Origin: Eledone cirrhosa
Lineage: Eukaryota
Assembly (NCBI GenBank): GCA_964016885.1
Contig: OZ024743.1
Coordinates: 78,058,001-78,122,000, forward strand
DNA: 64,000 nt
Direction of reading: 5' to 3'
The position numbers and the translations under genes are program-made. Below the pieces are notes generated by a model, which was not told the origin of the DNA, did no database searches, and saw nothing but the letters and a program-made list of their open reading frames with translations. Positions 13,401-26,079 of the stretch are shown here, piece after piece (the stretch's first letter is position 1; every line of letters begins with the position of its first letter).

Positions 13401-13455
13401 CTTACCAGATCTACCTGTTAGAGTGCCAACATCAAGTGTGGCAACTCTGAGATGC
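10401..13455 (-). mobile_element. Near full-length decayed RTE-clade LINE with (GAT)n tail
   Basis: APE (MQEVRW, GGVGIL, SAYAPQ, GDFNGHVG, SQIDF), RT (NYRGI, QFGFVP, GVHQGSVLSP, LLYADDL) and a PHD-like CSIC..CTQC..HKRC..C..C motif; ATC repeats at 10401-20. Confidence 0.92.
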
Positions 13456-13585
13456 GAAGTCTTCATATTCTTGTTCTATATAATTACAGAATATGATATC
13501 ACATGACATGCATACAAGCATGGTAATAGAAAATTTCTATTCTATCTTCAGCAGAAACTTCCAGATTCGGGTAAATGGAGAAAAC

Positions 13586-13680
<95 letters not shown>

Positions 13681-13728
13681 TTATATATATAAATGAAAAA
13701 CATAAAATAAAAAAAAATATCACTTTCA

Positions 13729-13772
<44 letters not shown>

Positions 13773-13893
13773 TTTTTTTTACAAAATGAAAAATAACCGA
13801 GGTGTCCTACACGAGTGAAAGTATAAGGAAAAAAGATGAAATCGAAAATGCAACTGGAGACTTTTAATAAAACAATGTATATTTATTTGGTTC

Positions 13894-13929
13894 CTTTACT
13901 GGTTTCGCAGTTCTTCTGCTTTTCAAAAG
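13894..13929 (-). ncRNA. Minimal hammerhead ribozyme, U3-A8 variant
   Basis: The - strand reads CUU UUGAAAA GCAG-AAGAA-CUGC GAAA CCAG UA AAG. A second copy at 54493-54528 has the palindromic CCGG stem III. Confidence 0.65.
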
Positions 13930-14382
13930 TACAGTTGAGATGGAAGGTCTGTGGTTTTTCTCACATCTGGTTCGTCTTTGAATGTTACTTGTGTTTTATA
14001 TGGAAAAAGGTGGCTCGAAATGCCAGGTTTTTAGAGAAGTAATTTGGTTGGTTGGTGAATAAGTATAATAAATTTCGCGCCAGTTCACGTTACAAAGTTC
14101 TTCAAACAAAGTGGGGTCTCAGGTTGTTTTTTCATATATGAGTGAAGTTTGGTTGGTTTATGCAGTCACGTGAATAAGCACATCAGCTTTCGCGCGAGTT
14201 TGTGTTTGAATTTCTTTTTACTTAAAAAAAAGTGGCTCACGAAGGCATTTTTTTATAAATATAATTTGATTGGTTAATAAATGAAATTATGACTGTCACG
14301 TGAACAAGTACATTAAATTTCGGGTCCGTATTTTGTAATTTTTTTATAGCCATTTAGAGAATTTTGTGCCAAGCAAAAGATA

Positions 14383-14561
14383 ATTGTTTCTACTATTGGC
14401 ACAAGGCCAGCAATTATCCCAGTACATTACTGGTACCTTATTTTATCGACCCCGTAAGGAGGAAAGGCTAAGTTAACCTAGGTGGGATTTGGACTCAGAA
14501 TGGCAAGGGCCGTAACTCTATGCGTCAAGGCATGGCGTCCGACCCTCTACCGATATTGCCA
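14383..14561 (-). mobile_element. Nin/Deu-domain-like SINE
   Basis: Reverse complement of the SINE at 1962-2150. Confidence 0.88.
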
Positions 14562-15051
14562 ATTTTATAAATTAAGTTAGGTCTTAGGAGTTCTTGGTTA
14601 ACGTAGGAGGTATTGTTTCGTTTTTAGAACGACCTTTGACGTTGAGGTGCGCTTGTCAAACTGATGTGTATGTGGTGTGTTGTTCTATATATAGGGATTT
14701 AACATGTCTGTGGTGTGGTGGGTTTTTTTTTTTTTCCCCTTTTAATAAGTGTATGGGTGTAGGTGTGTTGAAAAAGTGTTAATAGCAGTAATGAGTTGAG
14801 ATGGTGAGTAGGGTTGGGTGGGGAGAAATGTAGCAAGTGCGGCCTGCCCCGGCCATTCTCGAAAAATTCCTTTATTCAGGGGATTCCTTTGTGTTGAGAA
14901 TGGTCACAAGCAAATCGCACCTGCCAAGTTTGTAGACAATTATTTTTTTCTGAAGAATTTTTCTACGTCCATCCCAAAATTAGTCCTTTGTTCAACACAC
15001 ACATATGTGCGCATATATGTACATACACACACGGGCATATGTAGGAATATA

Positions 15052-15430
15052 TAGGCACACACCATCAATCACACACCCATGTACATATACATCCACATAC
15101 ATACACAAAAACATATAAAGACACATATAAAAACACATATACGCATACGTACACACACGAATATGTACTCATACCTCCACATGGGTATATATATATAAAT
15201 ATACATACATACATATACATACATATACACACATAAAAATACATAACTAAATATACATATATACCCATACACGCACACATACACACACACACACACGTGT
15301 ACACACACACATACATATGTCCGTATATATACCTCCGTTCACACATACATGCATACACACACACACACACATACACACATACATATATATACATATATAT
15401 ATAGAGAGAGAGAGGCATACACACACACAC

Positions 15431-15493
<63 letters not shown>

Positions 15494-15688
15494 CATATAT
15501 ACATACATATATGTACACATAAACACATACAGACACATACACACATATACATACATATACACATATACATATATCTATATATATATATACACACATATAT
15601 ATATATATATATATATACATACATACACATACACATACAAGTACATACATACACACATACATATATACACATACATATACATACATAC

Positions 15689-15735
<47 letters not shown>

Positions 15736-15989
15736 TATACATACACACACATACATACACACATATATATATATATATATATGTGTGTGTACACACAAGC
15801 ACATAAAGACACATATATACATACATATATATATATACATATATATACATACATCTACATACATACATACATATACACATACAGAAACATACACATATGT
15901 ACACACATATATACATATATGCACATACATACACACACACATATATATAGATACATACATATACATACACACACATATAAACATATATC

Positions 15990-16021
<32 letters not shown>

Positions 16022-16084
16022 CACAAACATACACATACATACATATATATATATATATACATATATATATACACACATACACAC

Positions 16085-16115
<31 letters not shown>

Positions 16116-16265
16116 TACAAACATACACACATTCATACATATATATACACACACACACACATACACACACCCACATTCATATATACCCACACGTACATAC
16201 ATCCATACATACCTACACACATACATGTGTGTGTCTCACCGTTCACTCAGATATTCATGTGTACA
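15052..16265. repeat. Compound (CA)n/(TA)n/(CATA)n microsatellite, ~1.2 kb
   Basis: Directly visible; it produces spurious low-complexity ORFs. Confidence 0.97.
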
Positions 16266-16302
16266 CATAAGAAGAGGGGGGGGGGCGTAGTGAAATGTAA
16301 TT

Positions 16303-18275
16303 TTACCTCCGAGTAAGTTTTTTCTTGTTCAGTAGTGGTTTAAATTTTTCAATGAAGAATTCTTCGTTATATCTGCGGAAATGTTCGTTATCCGACCATA
16401 TCTTGAAGAAAGGGAAGATTGTGAATTTTCCCTTCCCGCATGATGCAAAGTGTGCGCTACATGTGGTATTTCTGACTGTGGGGTCTTTAATTTGTTGTTT
16501 ATGTACCCGGACTCTATCATGTAATCCCGTTCCGGTTTCCCCAATGTTCCTCTTTACACTGTGGACATGTTGCGCAATATATTAGGTTTTTCGTTTTGCA
16601 GTTCATGTTTGCATTGACCTTGAAATTATCATGGTTTTTGAAGGACAACTGTTTGCCCTCTTCGATGAGTTCACAGGTTCCACATCTAGGGTTCCCGCAT
16701 TTCGTCACTTGCATTGATTCCATGTTGGTCGTAAATTTTGCCTTGGTAATTAGTTTTTTAAGGTTGGGTGCTTGGCGTCTGCTATAAATTATCTGTGTGT
16801 TTTTTAAGAGTGCATTCATTTTGGTAGATTGCTGTAGAATCGGGAGATACTGCTTAGCAGTTTTCACAATGTTGATGTTCCCTGGGTTGTGAGTGATGAC
16901 AAAAGAGATAGCAGGGTTTTCTTTTTTATGTTGTGGGTTTGGTTTTCTCAGTGTTGTTATTGGGATGTTCTTAGCCTTGGAGATGGCTGCGTTGATGAGT
17001 TTCATCGGGTATTCTTGTTTTTTAAGGAATTTTTTCAGGTCACATAATCTTTTTTCTTGTATACATAGTGTTGCTATAGTGCAGATGCGCCTTGCCATGT
17101 TGAAGGGAATGTTCCTTTTCGTATGTGAGGGTTGTGCTGACCGGAAATTTAAGTATCGGTGTGTGTCAGTGGGTTTGCAAAATAGGTCCGTTATGATATT
17201 TTCCCCTTCTTTAATGATGAGGATATCTAGAAAGGGCAGTTCCTTTTCATTACATTCCATAGTGAATTGTATAGCTTCATGAAGCCTGTTTAAGATCGAA
17301 TAAAATGTTTGTAGGTCTGTTTGGCTTCTGTTCCAGAAGATGAAGCAGTCATCTAGGTAACGTTTCCAGTTTTTATTAATGTAGAAGGCGAAGTCGTGAC
17401 TGAATGTTATCTGTAGTTGGGAATATAATTTTGCCTCTAAGTGACCCATAACGAGCGTTGCATATGTAGGGGCCACTTTGGTACCCATGGCTGTTCCTTT
17501 TATTTGTAGATAAAGTTCGTTGTCAAAGAGGAAGTGGTTGTTTTCCAATACTAATTTAAGTCCTTCCAAGATGAATTCTTTGGGGAATCTTTCTGAAATG
17601 TGACTTGAGTGTTTTGTAATCCAGAAGTCCACAGCTTCAATCCCTAGGTCGTGTGGGATGTTAGTGTACAGGCTTATTACATCAAAACTGACTAGGATTG
17701 TATCCTGGTGTACTTTTGGGGGGATATAGTTAAGGAATTCCATATCATCTCTGATGTAGCTTGGAACTTTTTTACATAGGAGTTTGAGTATGATGTCTAA
17801 TAGGTTGCTAAGACGTTGTGTGCTTGAGGCTGGGCCAGCAATAATGGGGCGTAATTTTAAGTCTGTCGGTTTGGGAGCTTCGATGTATGATGTATTTTTC
17901 CCTTTTATGTTGTTTTTGGATTTCTATGGATTTGTGAATTTTTGGTAATCCATAGAAATTGCTGGTTTTCATTTCGAAGTTGGTTAGGTAATCTACTTCT
18001 TTTGGTGTTAGGTTGTTTTGGTACTTTGTTGTTAGTTTGCCTATTTGGTTCCTCGATTTCCTTTCTTCGTTTTTAGTGATTTTCCTGTAGAAGTTTTCGT
18101 CATTCAAGTGTGCTAGAACCATATCTTTGTAGTGGTTTGTGTCCATGATGACGATTGCTCCACCTTTGTCCGCTTCTTTTATTATTATTGAGGAATCCCT
18201 TTCTAGCTTGTTCAATGCTAGTAGTTGGTCTGTAGGATGTTGCGTTTGTGTTTCGTCTCGGCCGTATTTGTACAT
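16303..18275 (-). pseudogene. Penelope-like RT + GIY-YIG endonuclease, frameshifted
   Basis: IIKEADKGGAIV, FYGLPKIHK, SFDVISLYTNIP, GTAMGT, RYLDDCF, LPFLD, linker CGNPRCGTC, NLIYCATCPQC..IGETG..R..H, and KFKPLLN near the end. Confidence 0.93.
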
Positions 18276-18941
18276 GCTGATCGGCGAAGGCAGGTTATGT
18301 ATTCCTCCAGGTATTTATCTCTATATTCCTACATATGCCCGTGTGTGTATGTACGTATATGCGCACATATGTGTGTGTTGAACAAAGGACTAATTTTGGG
18401 ATGGACGTAGAAAAATTCTTCAGAAAAAAATAATTGTCTACAAACTTGGCAGGTGCGATTTGCCTGTGACCATTCTCAACACAAAGGAATCCCCTGAATA
18501 AAGGAATTTTTCGAGAATGACCGGGGCAGGCCGCACTTGCTACATTTCTCCCCACCCAACCCTACTCACCATCTCAACTCATTACTGCTATTAACACTTT
18601 TTCAACACACCTACACCCATACACTTATTAAAAGGGGGAGAAAAAACCCCACCACACCACAGACATGTTAAATCCCTATATATAGAACAACACACCACAT
18701 ACACATCAGTTTGACAAGCGCACCTCAGCGTGAAAGGTCGTTCTAAAAACGAAACAATACCTCCTACTTTAACCAAGAACTCCTAAGACCTAACTTAATT
18801 TATAAAATAATTTTTTTTTTAAGAAAAAAAAAAAATCTTTTTTCTAATCGGGAAAAAAATTATTTTTGCATTTTGTGAAGAAAATAAATTTGTTGAAACA
18901 ACAAGTGAAGCCATTTTTTCTTCCCCCTGTCTTAATATATA

Positions 18942-18978
<37 letters not shown>

Positions 18979-19145
18979 AAATTAGAATTGGCGCTCTAAA
19001 ATACCGATATATATATGAATGTATATATAGTGTATTTCGCAATACACTGTATGCTTAATTAAAAGCATTTCGAAGACCTTACGCTATTGTTTTAGAGTAG
19101 TGACAGTCTCACTTACTTTAGATTTTTAGCAAACAAGGGAGATAA

Positions 19146-19189
19146 AGCTGACAGAGCTCTGTTTCGTACTGATTGGTACTTATCAAAGC
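19146..19189 (-). ncRNA. Hammerhead ribozyme, inverted copy
   Basis: Reverse complement of the motif at 19365-19409. Confidence 0.8.
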
Positions 19190-19364
19190 GAAGTATTCCA
19201 CGTATTTGCTGAAAATCATATATATATCGCTATTTCAGAGCGCCAATTCTAATTTTCAATTTCTGCTTGACCGGCAATAGCTCTGTATAATCAGTTCCTG
19301 ATTATTACTAGAAATTCTATAAGAATCAAACATTCATGATTTTTAGCAAACAGGTGGAGTACTT

Positions 19365-19409
19365 GGCTTTGATAAGTACCAATCAGTACGAAACAGAGCT
19401 CTGTCAGCT
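19365..19409 (+). ncRNA. Type I minimal hammerhead ribozyme, U3-A8 core
   Basis: GGCT TTGATAA GTAC-CAATCA-GTAC GAAA CAGAGCTCTG TC AGCT; the GUC triplet predicts a cut after 19405. Confidence 0.85.
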
Positions 19410-19685
19410 TTATCTCCCTTGTTTCCTGAAAATCTAAAGTAAGTAGGACTGTCACTACTCTAAAACAATAGCGTAAGGTCTTAGAAATGCTTTTAATTAA
19501 GCATACAGTGTATTGCAATATACACTATATATACATTCATATATATATCGCTATTTCAGAGCGCCAATTCTAATATTCAATTTCTGCTTGACCGGCAACC
19601 GCTCTGTATAATTAGTTCCTGATTATTACTAGAAATTCTATAAGAATCAAACATTCATGGTTTTCAGCAAACAGGTGGAGTACTT

Positions 19686-19730
19686 GGCTTTGATAAGTAC
19701 CAATCAGTACGAAACAGAGCTCTGTCAGCT
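19686..19730 (+). ncRNA. Type I minimal hammerhead ribozyme, U3-A8 core (second unit)
   Basis: Identical motif 321 nt downstream; predicted cut after 19726. Confidence 0.85.
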
Positions 19731-19862
19731 TTATCTCCTTTGTTTGCTGAAAATCTAAAGTAAGTGAGACTGTCACTACTCTAAAACAATAGCGTAAGGT
19801 CTTCGAAATGCTTTTACTTAAGCATACAGTGTATTGCAAAATACACTATATATAGATTCATA

Positions 19863-19929
<67 letters not shown>

Positions 19930-20805
19930 TAACAGATTTACCCGGCGTTGCCCGGGTTTTGAAATTATACTAAGAATATACAGCTAGGAAGTAAAAGAAG
20001 AAAATTATTTGTCCCCAACCTGTCAAAATAAGCAGAAGTCTTCAATAATTAATGCAAACGAATATTTAGTGCAATCTTCGTACACATAAAACTATGCTGA
20101 TAATGAAGGAAAACACTGTAAGCGGATGTAGTTATACAAATGATTAAAGACAATACACGTTGCAAATCTGTAAAAAACAGGCAGTTTTGCTAAAGTACAA
20201 AAAGTTGTAATGAAAACAGAGTTGTATACAAAAAAAAAATAAACAATGAGAGTAGAATAAGAGAAAATGTATTCTTTGAGAGTATCCTTTGCTGTGAATG
20301 GTTAAATTTTGAACTTATAATCCAAAATATCCTGCATGACATATTCATTGGTATGTTTTGTAATGAGTAAGGTGAAGTCAAGGCAGAGCTGTAATAAGTG
20401 TTTTTGTTAGCACTTTAGGAGAGACGATATTCTTTGTTTTTCTTTTCGGAACAAACGCAAAGAGATTATCTCTACTGCCAACTCGTGAGGAGGCAACGTA
20501 GAATTGTCCGTGCGAAAAGCAAGGTTCATCCAAGTGAATTCCAGCGACGGACAGAGTTTGACCTTGCGACTTGTTTATGGACATCACAAAGGCAACAGGA
20601 AGGGGAAATTGGGTTCGGCGAATGGAGAAGGGAATATCCACGCCTGATGTAGTCATGCGAATTTTTGTTATCATCTCATCCTCGCCTTTTCCACATCCAG
20701 ATAGAATGGTAGCATCAATACTAAGTGGAGACAGTTTTTTAACCACAAGGTGTGTACCATTGCATAGTTTTGGAGGAGTTATATTTCTCAGCAAAATAAC
20801 TGGCT

Positions 20806-21561
20806 TGTAGCGAATAATCCAGTTGTAACGGATAAGTGAATCGATGGAATTGTTGGTATGATGGTTTCAATGCAAAGAATAATACCAGGATTGTGTTGTT
20901 ACAAATTTTATTTTATTATAACAATATTCAATTTAAATATTGAATGATAAAATCTATAACATGAAATATTCGTACAATAAGTAGGTGGCTCTTCGAGCCA
21001 CGTAAATAGAAGTATCACAGAATACGATTATAATATAATTGTAATGTATCTGAAAGATACAATCTGACAAATAGAAATGGTGCGTGTGAAATGAAATCAG
21101 TGTGAACTTACTATGTGTGCATGTGTGCGTATTAGTATACTTTCTTGTTTTAGCAGTAGTAGTAATCACTCAGCCCGGCGTGTAGGGCGTTTGAGAAAAT
21201 AGTGGACAGACATTTTTCGTGAAGGGAGATTTGACAGAGTAGGTGAAATGTACGTTTTTGTGTGTGGTATCACTTTTTTCTGCCGGGGCGTAAACAACTC
21301 TTGTATTTATAAGGGTTGAAGTTAGAAGGATAGATATATCCTCTGACCTTCGGTTAGAATCTCCCAAGGGGTTGGTCTGCCGGGCGTAAACAACTTAGAA
21401 GGATGGATATATCTGACCTCTTTTTTGCCATGCGTAAACAACATCTGACCTGTGTTTAGCATCTCCCAAAGGGTTGGTCTGCCGAGCGTAAACAACTAAC
21501 CACGGCTTGTCCCAGAGGCTGGAAAGCTCAGATTCGGTTTTGAATCTTCGCCGCCGTTATA
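20806..21561 (-). mobile_element. Solo LTR inserted in the Helitron helicase ORF
   Basis: TGT...TTATA ends. It splits the helicase between LKEETP and VILLRN and has an imperfect 4-bp TSD GGCT/GGCG. Homologous to 32026-32773. Confidence 0.75.
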
Positions 21562-24479
21562 GGCGTTTCCTCTTTCAGAACCAATGTATTAGGAGGTAAA
21601 CCGGGAGGATTTAAAGAATTTAGAAATTCAACTGGATAATTGACCGCATCCTGTGGATCACATACAGTATCAATAGATTTATATATCCGTGGACATCCAG
21701 GAAGAAGCTGAAGAAGCTGATCGTTAATACAGCTAACCCTATATTTTGGGGTGCAAGAATGGCTCTTTCGCATAGCCAATCAAGATTCGTATAGTTATCA
21801 CGCAAGTTCGGGAATACACTCGCCTTGAGATCATCGACAGTTTCAACCACATTGCAGATGTGATCAATTGCTATGTGTCCATCTGTATCCGGAGGTATGT
21901 TACCATCTTCTATTGTAAGAATGTCTCCATAAAATGTTGATGACAGAGGGTCCCCATGCGATCTTGCACGCATGTTGGTAGTTAGTCTTAATGATATCAC
22001 TTGTCGCTACAATGGTGAAGACTTAAGACATGCATTTACCGCATCTGCTCTTGTTCCTTTCGGTATTATAGGAAGAGTCTGTCTGAAGTCTCCTGATAGC
22101 AGAAGGATGACACCCCCCATAACATCACTGCAATCCCGTATGTCTTACAAAGACCTGTCTAGTGCCTCAAGAGGACCTTTGTGCGCCATTGTGCACTCAT
22201 TCCAAACAATAAGGTGACACCTTCGCAGCAGATGAGCCCTTTCGGAGTCTTTGGTGATATGACAAGTAAGAGTTTCCAATTTTGCCAAATCAAGGGGCAA
22301 TTTAAAAACTGAATGTGCCGTCCTTCCACCAGGGAGCAAAGTTGCTGCGATTCCAGAGGACGCAACTGCTATTGCTATGTCCTTATTCTGTCTAACCTTT
22401 GGAAGAAGAAGTTTAGTAACGAAAGTTTTTCCTGTCCCTCCTGGAGCATCGAGGAAAACTATGCCACCTCTTCTTTGAAATATCGATGCAGTAATGGTGG
22501 TATAAGCCAGTCGCTGATCAGCTAGAAGTTTTGGCTCATTATCTGTGACGTAGAGGCCGAGATCATGGATGTCATAAGAAGTCTCCTGTATGATATCTGT
22601 GGGAAGTTTGTTTGAGTCCGTGCGATGAGTTTTTGGTAAACCGTAGTCACGTAAAACCTTTCCTTCAATCAGAGCTAACTTTTCCTCAATATCAATGAGA
22701 GCTCTGTTGTATAATTCATTACTAAAGCCGAACTCTATTTCTGGAAGCAGCAATTGTGCTTGGGGTCTGTAGTCGTCTGTTAGTTCATCCCCATATTTCA
22801 TCCACAAGGATAGAGGATCAGATAAGATGCACGAGTGCAAAAGTACCGCAAATAAATTTCTTAGGCTGGCAGGTGAATGTGAAAGAGTAACTTCCGCCAT
22901 CGTTGCATCCCACTGCGAACCATCTCCCAGCAATCCACGCCTCAAACATGCCTTTGTGTTTGTTGGAAGAACTTGTCCGTCGAACGTTCGGAGATCATCA
23001 AAGCAGGTAGGTCCCCTGATACGAAGATGGAAGCACTCGTGTTGGTTTGGGGGCACTGTATAAACTCTGCCCAAGCACTCGTTGAACTTGATGCCCGGAT
23101 AACCTTTTACACTGTCCTGTTTTTCTTCGCTTCCATGTATTTTTGTCCCAGGTATAGTAAGATGGGACTTGTAGATATAGTAAGGTTTTAGCAAATGGAT
23201 CTTCTTGACATAGTTTAAAGAAAGCGGTAAGAGTAGTATCCTTTGGTTCTTGTGCTAACTGAGCAGCTGATGCATTCGTAAAATATACTCTCTGACCGTT
23301 CTCCAGGTGCACTTGGAGTTTTTGAACAGCAGGATGCCGTTGATGTATAAAAAATCCGAAAATCCGCCAGAACGCTTCATTTCTAATATATCTTCCAGCT
23401 TGGTACTGGGCCACTTCATCTCGGCTGTTTTCCCGAAGTAATCCAAACGTAGCAGCATCAGAGCCTTTATTAATGTACTTACAAATGTATTTTATAGATT
23501 TAATCGAATTACAGTATTCTACATTGATGTCTGCATCAAAAATATATAGAAGGAGAGGATTATATTGAACAACCCATCTGTTGTCAACCTCATGTTTGCT
23601 AACCCTTGCTGTGAATCCACCATCTTCGGGTCTTCTCCGGCGATATATGGGTATCCGTCATGACCAGTCTGAGTATCCTTAAGGAACTGTCGGGGAAATT
23701 TCTTTGAGCACCTAGACTTGTCCTTAACACACGGTAGGTTGTTGTGAAATCCATGTCCACATGGGCCATGCACCATGTGCGCTTTAACTTTTTGGTAAAG
23801 GTCCCTGTCGATTGCCGGATGCGGAAACTCAGCAGAAATGACATTGTCAATTTCATCTGATCTAAGTTTTGTCTTTAACCAGATCAGAATGTGGGGATGT
23901 GGCAAGCCTCGTTTTTGCCACTCAATTGTAAGCATGTCACATTGTACTGGGCCAAAGATTTCACCTGTTTTGATAAATTCTATGAGCTTAATTAACTTAA
24001 GATGGAAAACTCTGGCAATAAGATCCTGCCTGGTTGAGGCTTTTTGACCTGGAAAGAGTTCTTTCTGAATCTTTTCCCATTTGGGGTTTGAAGTGAAACT
24101 AATAAACAAATCTGGTTTACCGAAAAGGCGCACAATAGTTAAAGCATTTTGAATTTTTTCGAAAAAGAACCGAGGACTTCCTGTGAAAGATGAAGGCAGG
24201 ATGCACAACAGTCCAATACTATCAGACACCCTGTTCAGTATGTTCCTTCATTGTCAATAAAGTTTGATGTGTACGAATACAGCACTTAATATTATTGCTA
24301 TCGATTTTTTATTGCTCAACGTGGGTCGATTTGAAAAATGTTTGTGATGTGACCATTTTAGATGTGTATACAATACACAATTACTTGTCCTAACTGGCTT
24401 CCATAATTTTTTCATCTCCTCACTCCTCTACTTTTTCTCTTCCCCTTCAACGTAACTTCCTACCTCTTTCCGCCACTCT

Positions 24480-25100
24480 TACTGACTCCGTCTCTTTCTT
24501 TCTGTTATTTTCTCTCTCTCTTTTTCTTTTTTTTATATCTTATTTTCCTCATCTCTCTCTGTTTGTGTCAATTCTCCTCTCTTTCTCTTTCTCCCTCTCT
24601 CTCTGTCTCTTTTTCCCTCTCTTTATATTTCATCTGCCCCCCCCCCTCTATTAATTATGGCTTTCCGCTCTCACTCTTTTGTATCACTCCTCTCTTTCTT
24701 TCTCTCTTTGTATCATATCTCCCTCTCTGTCTCTTTTTAAACGATATCTCTTCTCTCTCTCACGTTCTCGAGCTCTCGCGCTCTCTCACTCTTTCTCTCT
24801 TTGTATCATATCTCCCCCTTTCTCTCACTCTGTACCATATCTCATCTCACTCCCTCTCTATCTCTCTTTGTACCATATCTCCTCTGTCTCCCGCTGTCTC
24901 TCTGTACCATATTTCCCCTCTCTCACTCTCTTTATACCATATCTCCTCTCTCCCTCTCTCCCTGTACCATATCTCCTCTCTCTCTCTCTCTCTTTCTCTG
25001 TAACATATCTGCTCTCTCTCCGTCTGTACTATATCTCCCCCTCTCCCTCTCTACCATATATCTCTCTTTCTCGCTCGCTCGCTCTCTCACTCTCTGTGTT
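24480..25100. repeat. CT-rich minisatellite (CTGTACCATATCTC core) inside the Helitron
   Basis: About 10 degenerate copies of TGTA(C/T)CATATCTC separated by (CT)n. Confidence 0.85.
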
Positions 25101-25368
25101 TCCTCTACCACTGATTCTGACCCCCGTGGTCTTTCATACTCTGTACACACACATCCTCGCTTTTATATATATAGATAATTTTGCTACCGATGTTTTATTG
25201 TTCAACGTGGGTCGAGCTGAAAATATTTTGTGATGTGACCATCTTAGCGACAGGTGCAACGTGCACAGAAAATTTGGTCAAATTCAGTTAGGAATTGTAA
25301 AAACCTTAGGTGTCCAAAGTTGTCCACAGACACACACACATCCTCACTTATATATATATATATATAGA

Positions 25369-26079
25369 CTAGCTGATTTACCCGGCGTTGCCGAGGTTTT
25401 TAATTATGCTAAGAATATACAGCTAGGAAGTAAAAGAAGAACATTATTTGACCCCAACCTGTCAAAATAAGCAGAAGTCTTCAATAATTAATGCAAAAGA
25501 ATATTTAGTGCAATCTATGCTGATAATGAAGGAACATTTTGTTTTAACTGATTTCTTCATTGTAATAATAGTTTTTTTAAAATAAATTCACAATATCCTG
25601 GAATCATAGATAATGCCTGCCTCAAATGTGGGCGAAATTACTTTAAAAATGTAAAAGTTGTAGGTCCCAACGGTTTGAATGGAAAGTCCCATAAGGATTG
25701 ATTTTAGATTGATTTCTCCCTTACAGCATACACTTTAGAAAAAATAATCTTCTTGTACTACCTCGACGGCATATGCAATGCCTGCCTCACATTTGGTAAA
25801 AAAAGCACGAAAAATGTAAAAGTAATTGCAACTTTTAATTTGCATGGAAACTCCCATAAGGATTTTGTCTTGATTATTATCTCCCTTACATCGTGCACTT
25901 TAGAAAAAATAATTTTGCTATCGATTTTTATTGCTCAACGTGGGTCGATTTGAAAAGATTTTGTGATGTGACCATCTTAGCGACAGGTGCAACGTGCACA
26001 GAAAATTTGGTCAAATTCGGTTGGGAATTGTAAAAGCCTTGGGTGTCCAAATCTGTCCACAGACACACACACATCCTCG

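Larger units (their letters stand above)
13772..18808 (-). mobile_element. Penelope-like element (Neptune-type): 5'-truncated ORF, long microsatellite 3'UTR, hammerhead-bearing pseudo-LTR and inverted duplication
   Basis: The RT/GIY-YIG ORF is on the - strand and the hammerhead at 13894-13929 is on the same strand. 14562-15051 is duplicated in inverted orientation at 18322-18808. Treating all parts as one element is an inference. Confidence 0.7.
18979..19861 (+). repeat. Retrozyme-like array: two direct 321-bp units (19220-19540, 19541-19861) plus an inverted partial copy (18979-19219), flanked by (TA)n
   Basis: The units align at an exact offset of 321 and each carries a hammerhead. No coding similarity recognised. 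Confidence 0.88.
19929..25175 (-). mobile_element. Decayed autonomous Helitron (Rep-helicase)
   Basis: Rep motifs ILPSSFTGSPR, GKPDLFISFT and EWQKRGLPHPHIL; Pif1 helicase motifs DAPGGTGKT, GGRTAHS, SINKSQGQTL and FSHGQFYVASSRV. The 5' end is TCTATATATATAAAAGCG; the 3' end is hairpin CCCGGGCAACGCCGGG followed by TTAG. Confidence 0.93.

Noticed and set aside
15065-16290. Long ORFs rich in Y/I/C/V/H/T (also at 3441, 8634, 13493, 25928, 55313)
   Set aside because: Translations of TA/CA microsatellites, which lack stop codons; not genes.
19220-19861. CRISPR-like array or small duplicated genes (75-aa ORFs at 19291 and 19612)
   Set aside because: Whole 321-bp units repeat without unique spacers, the context is eukaryotic, and the ORFs start at TTG and have no recognisable motifs.
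24563-25233. S/L-rich ORFs as a gene captured by the Helitron
   Set aside because: They derive from a CT-rich minisatellite.
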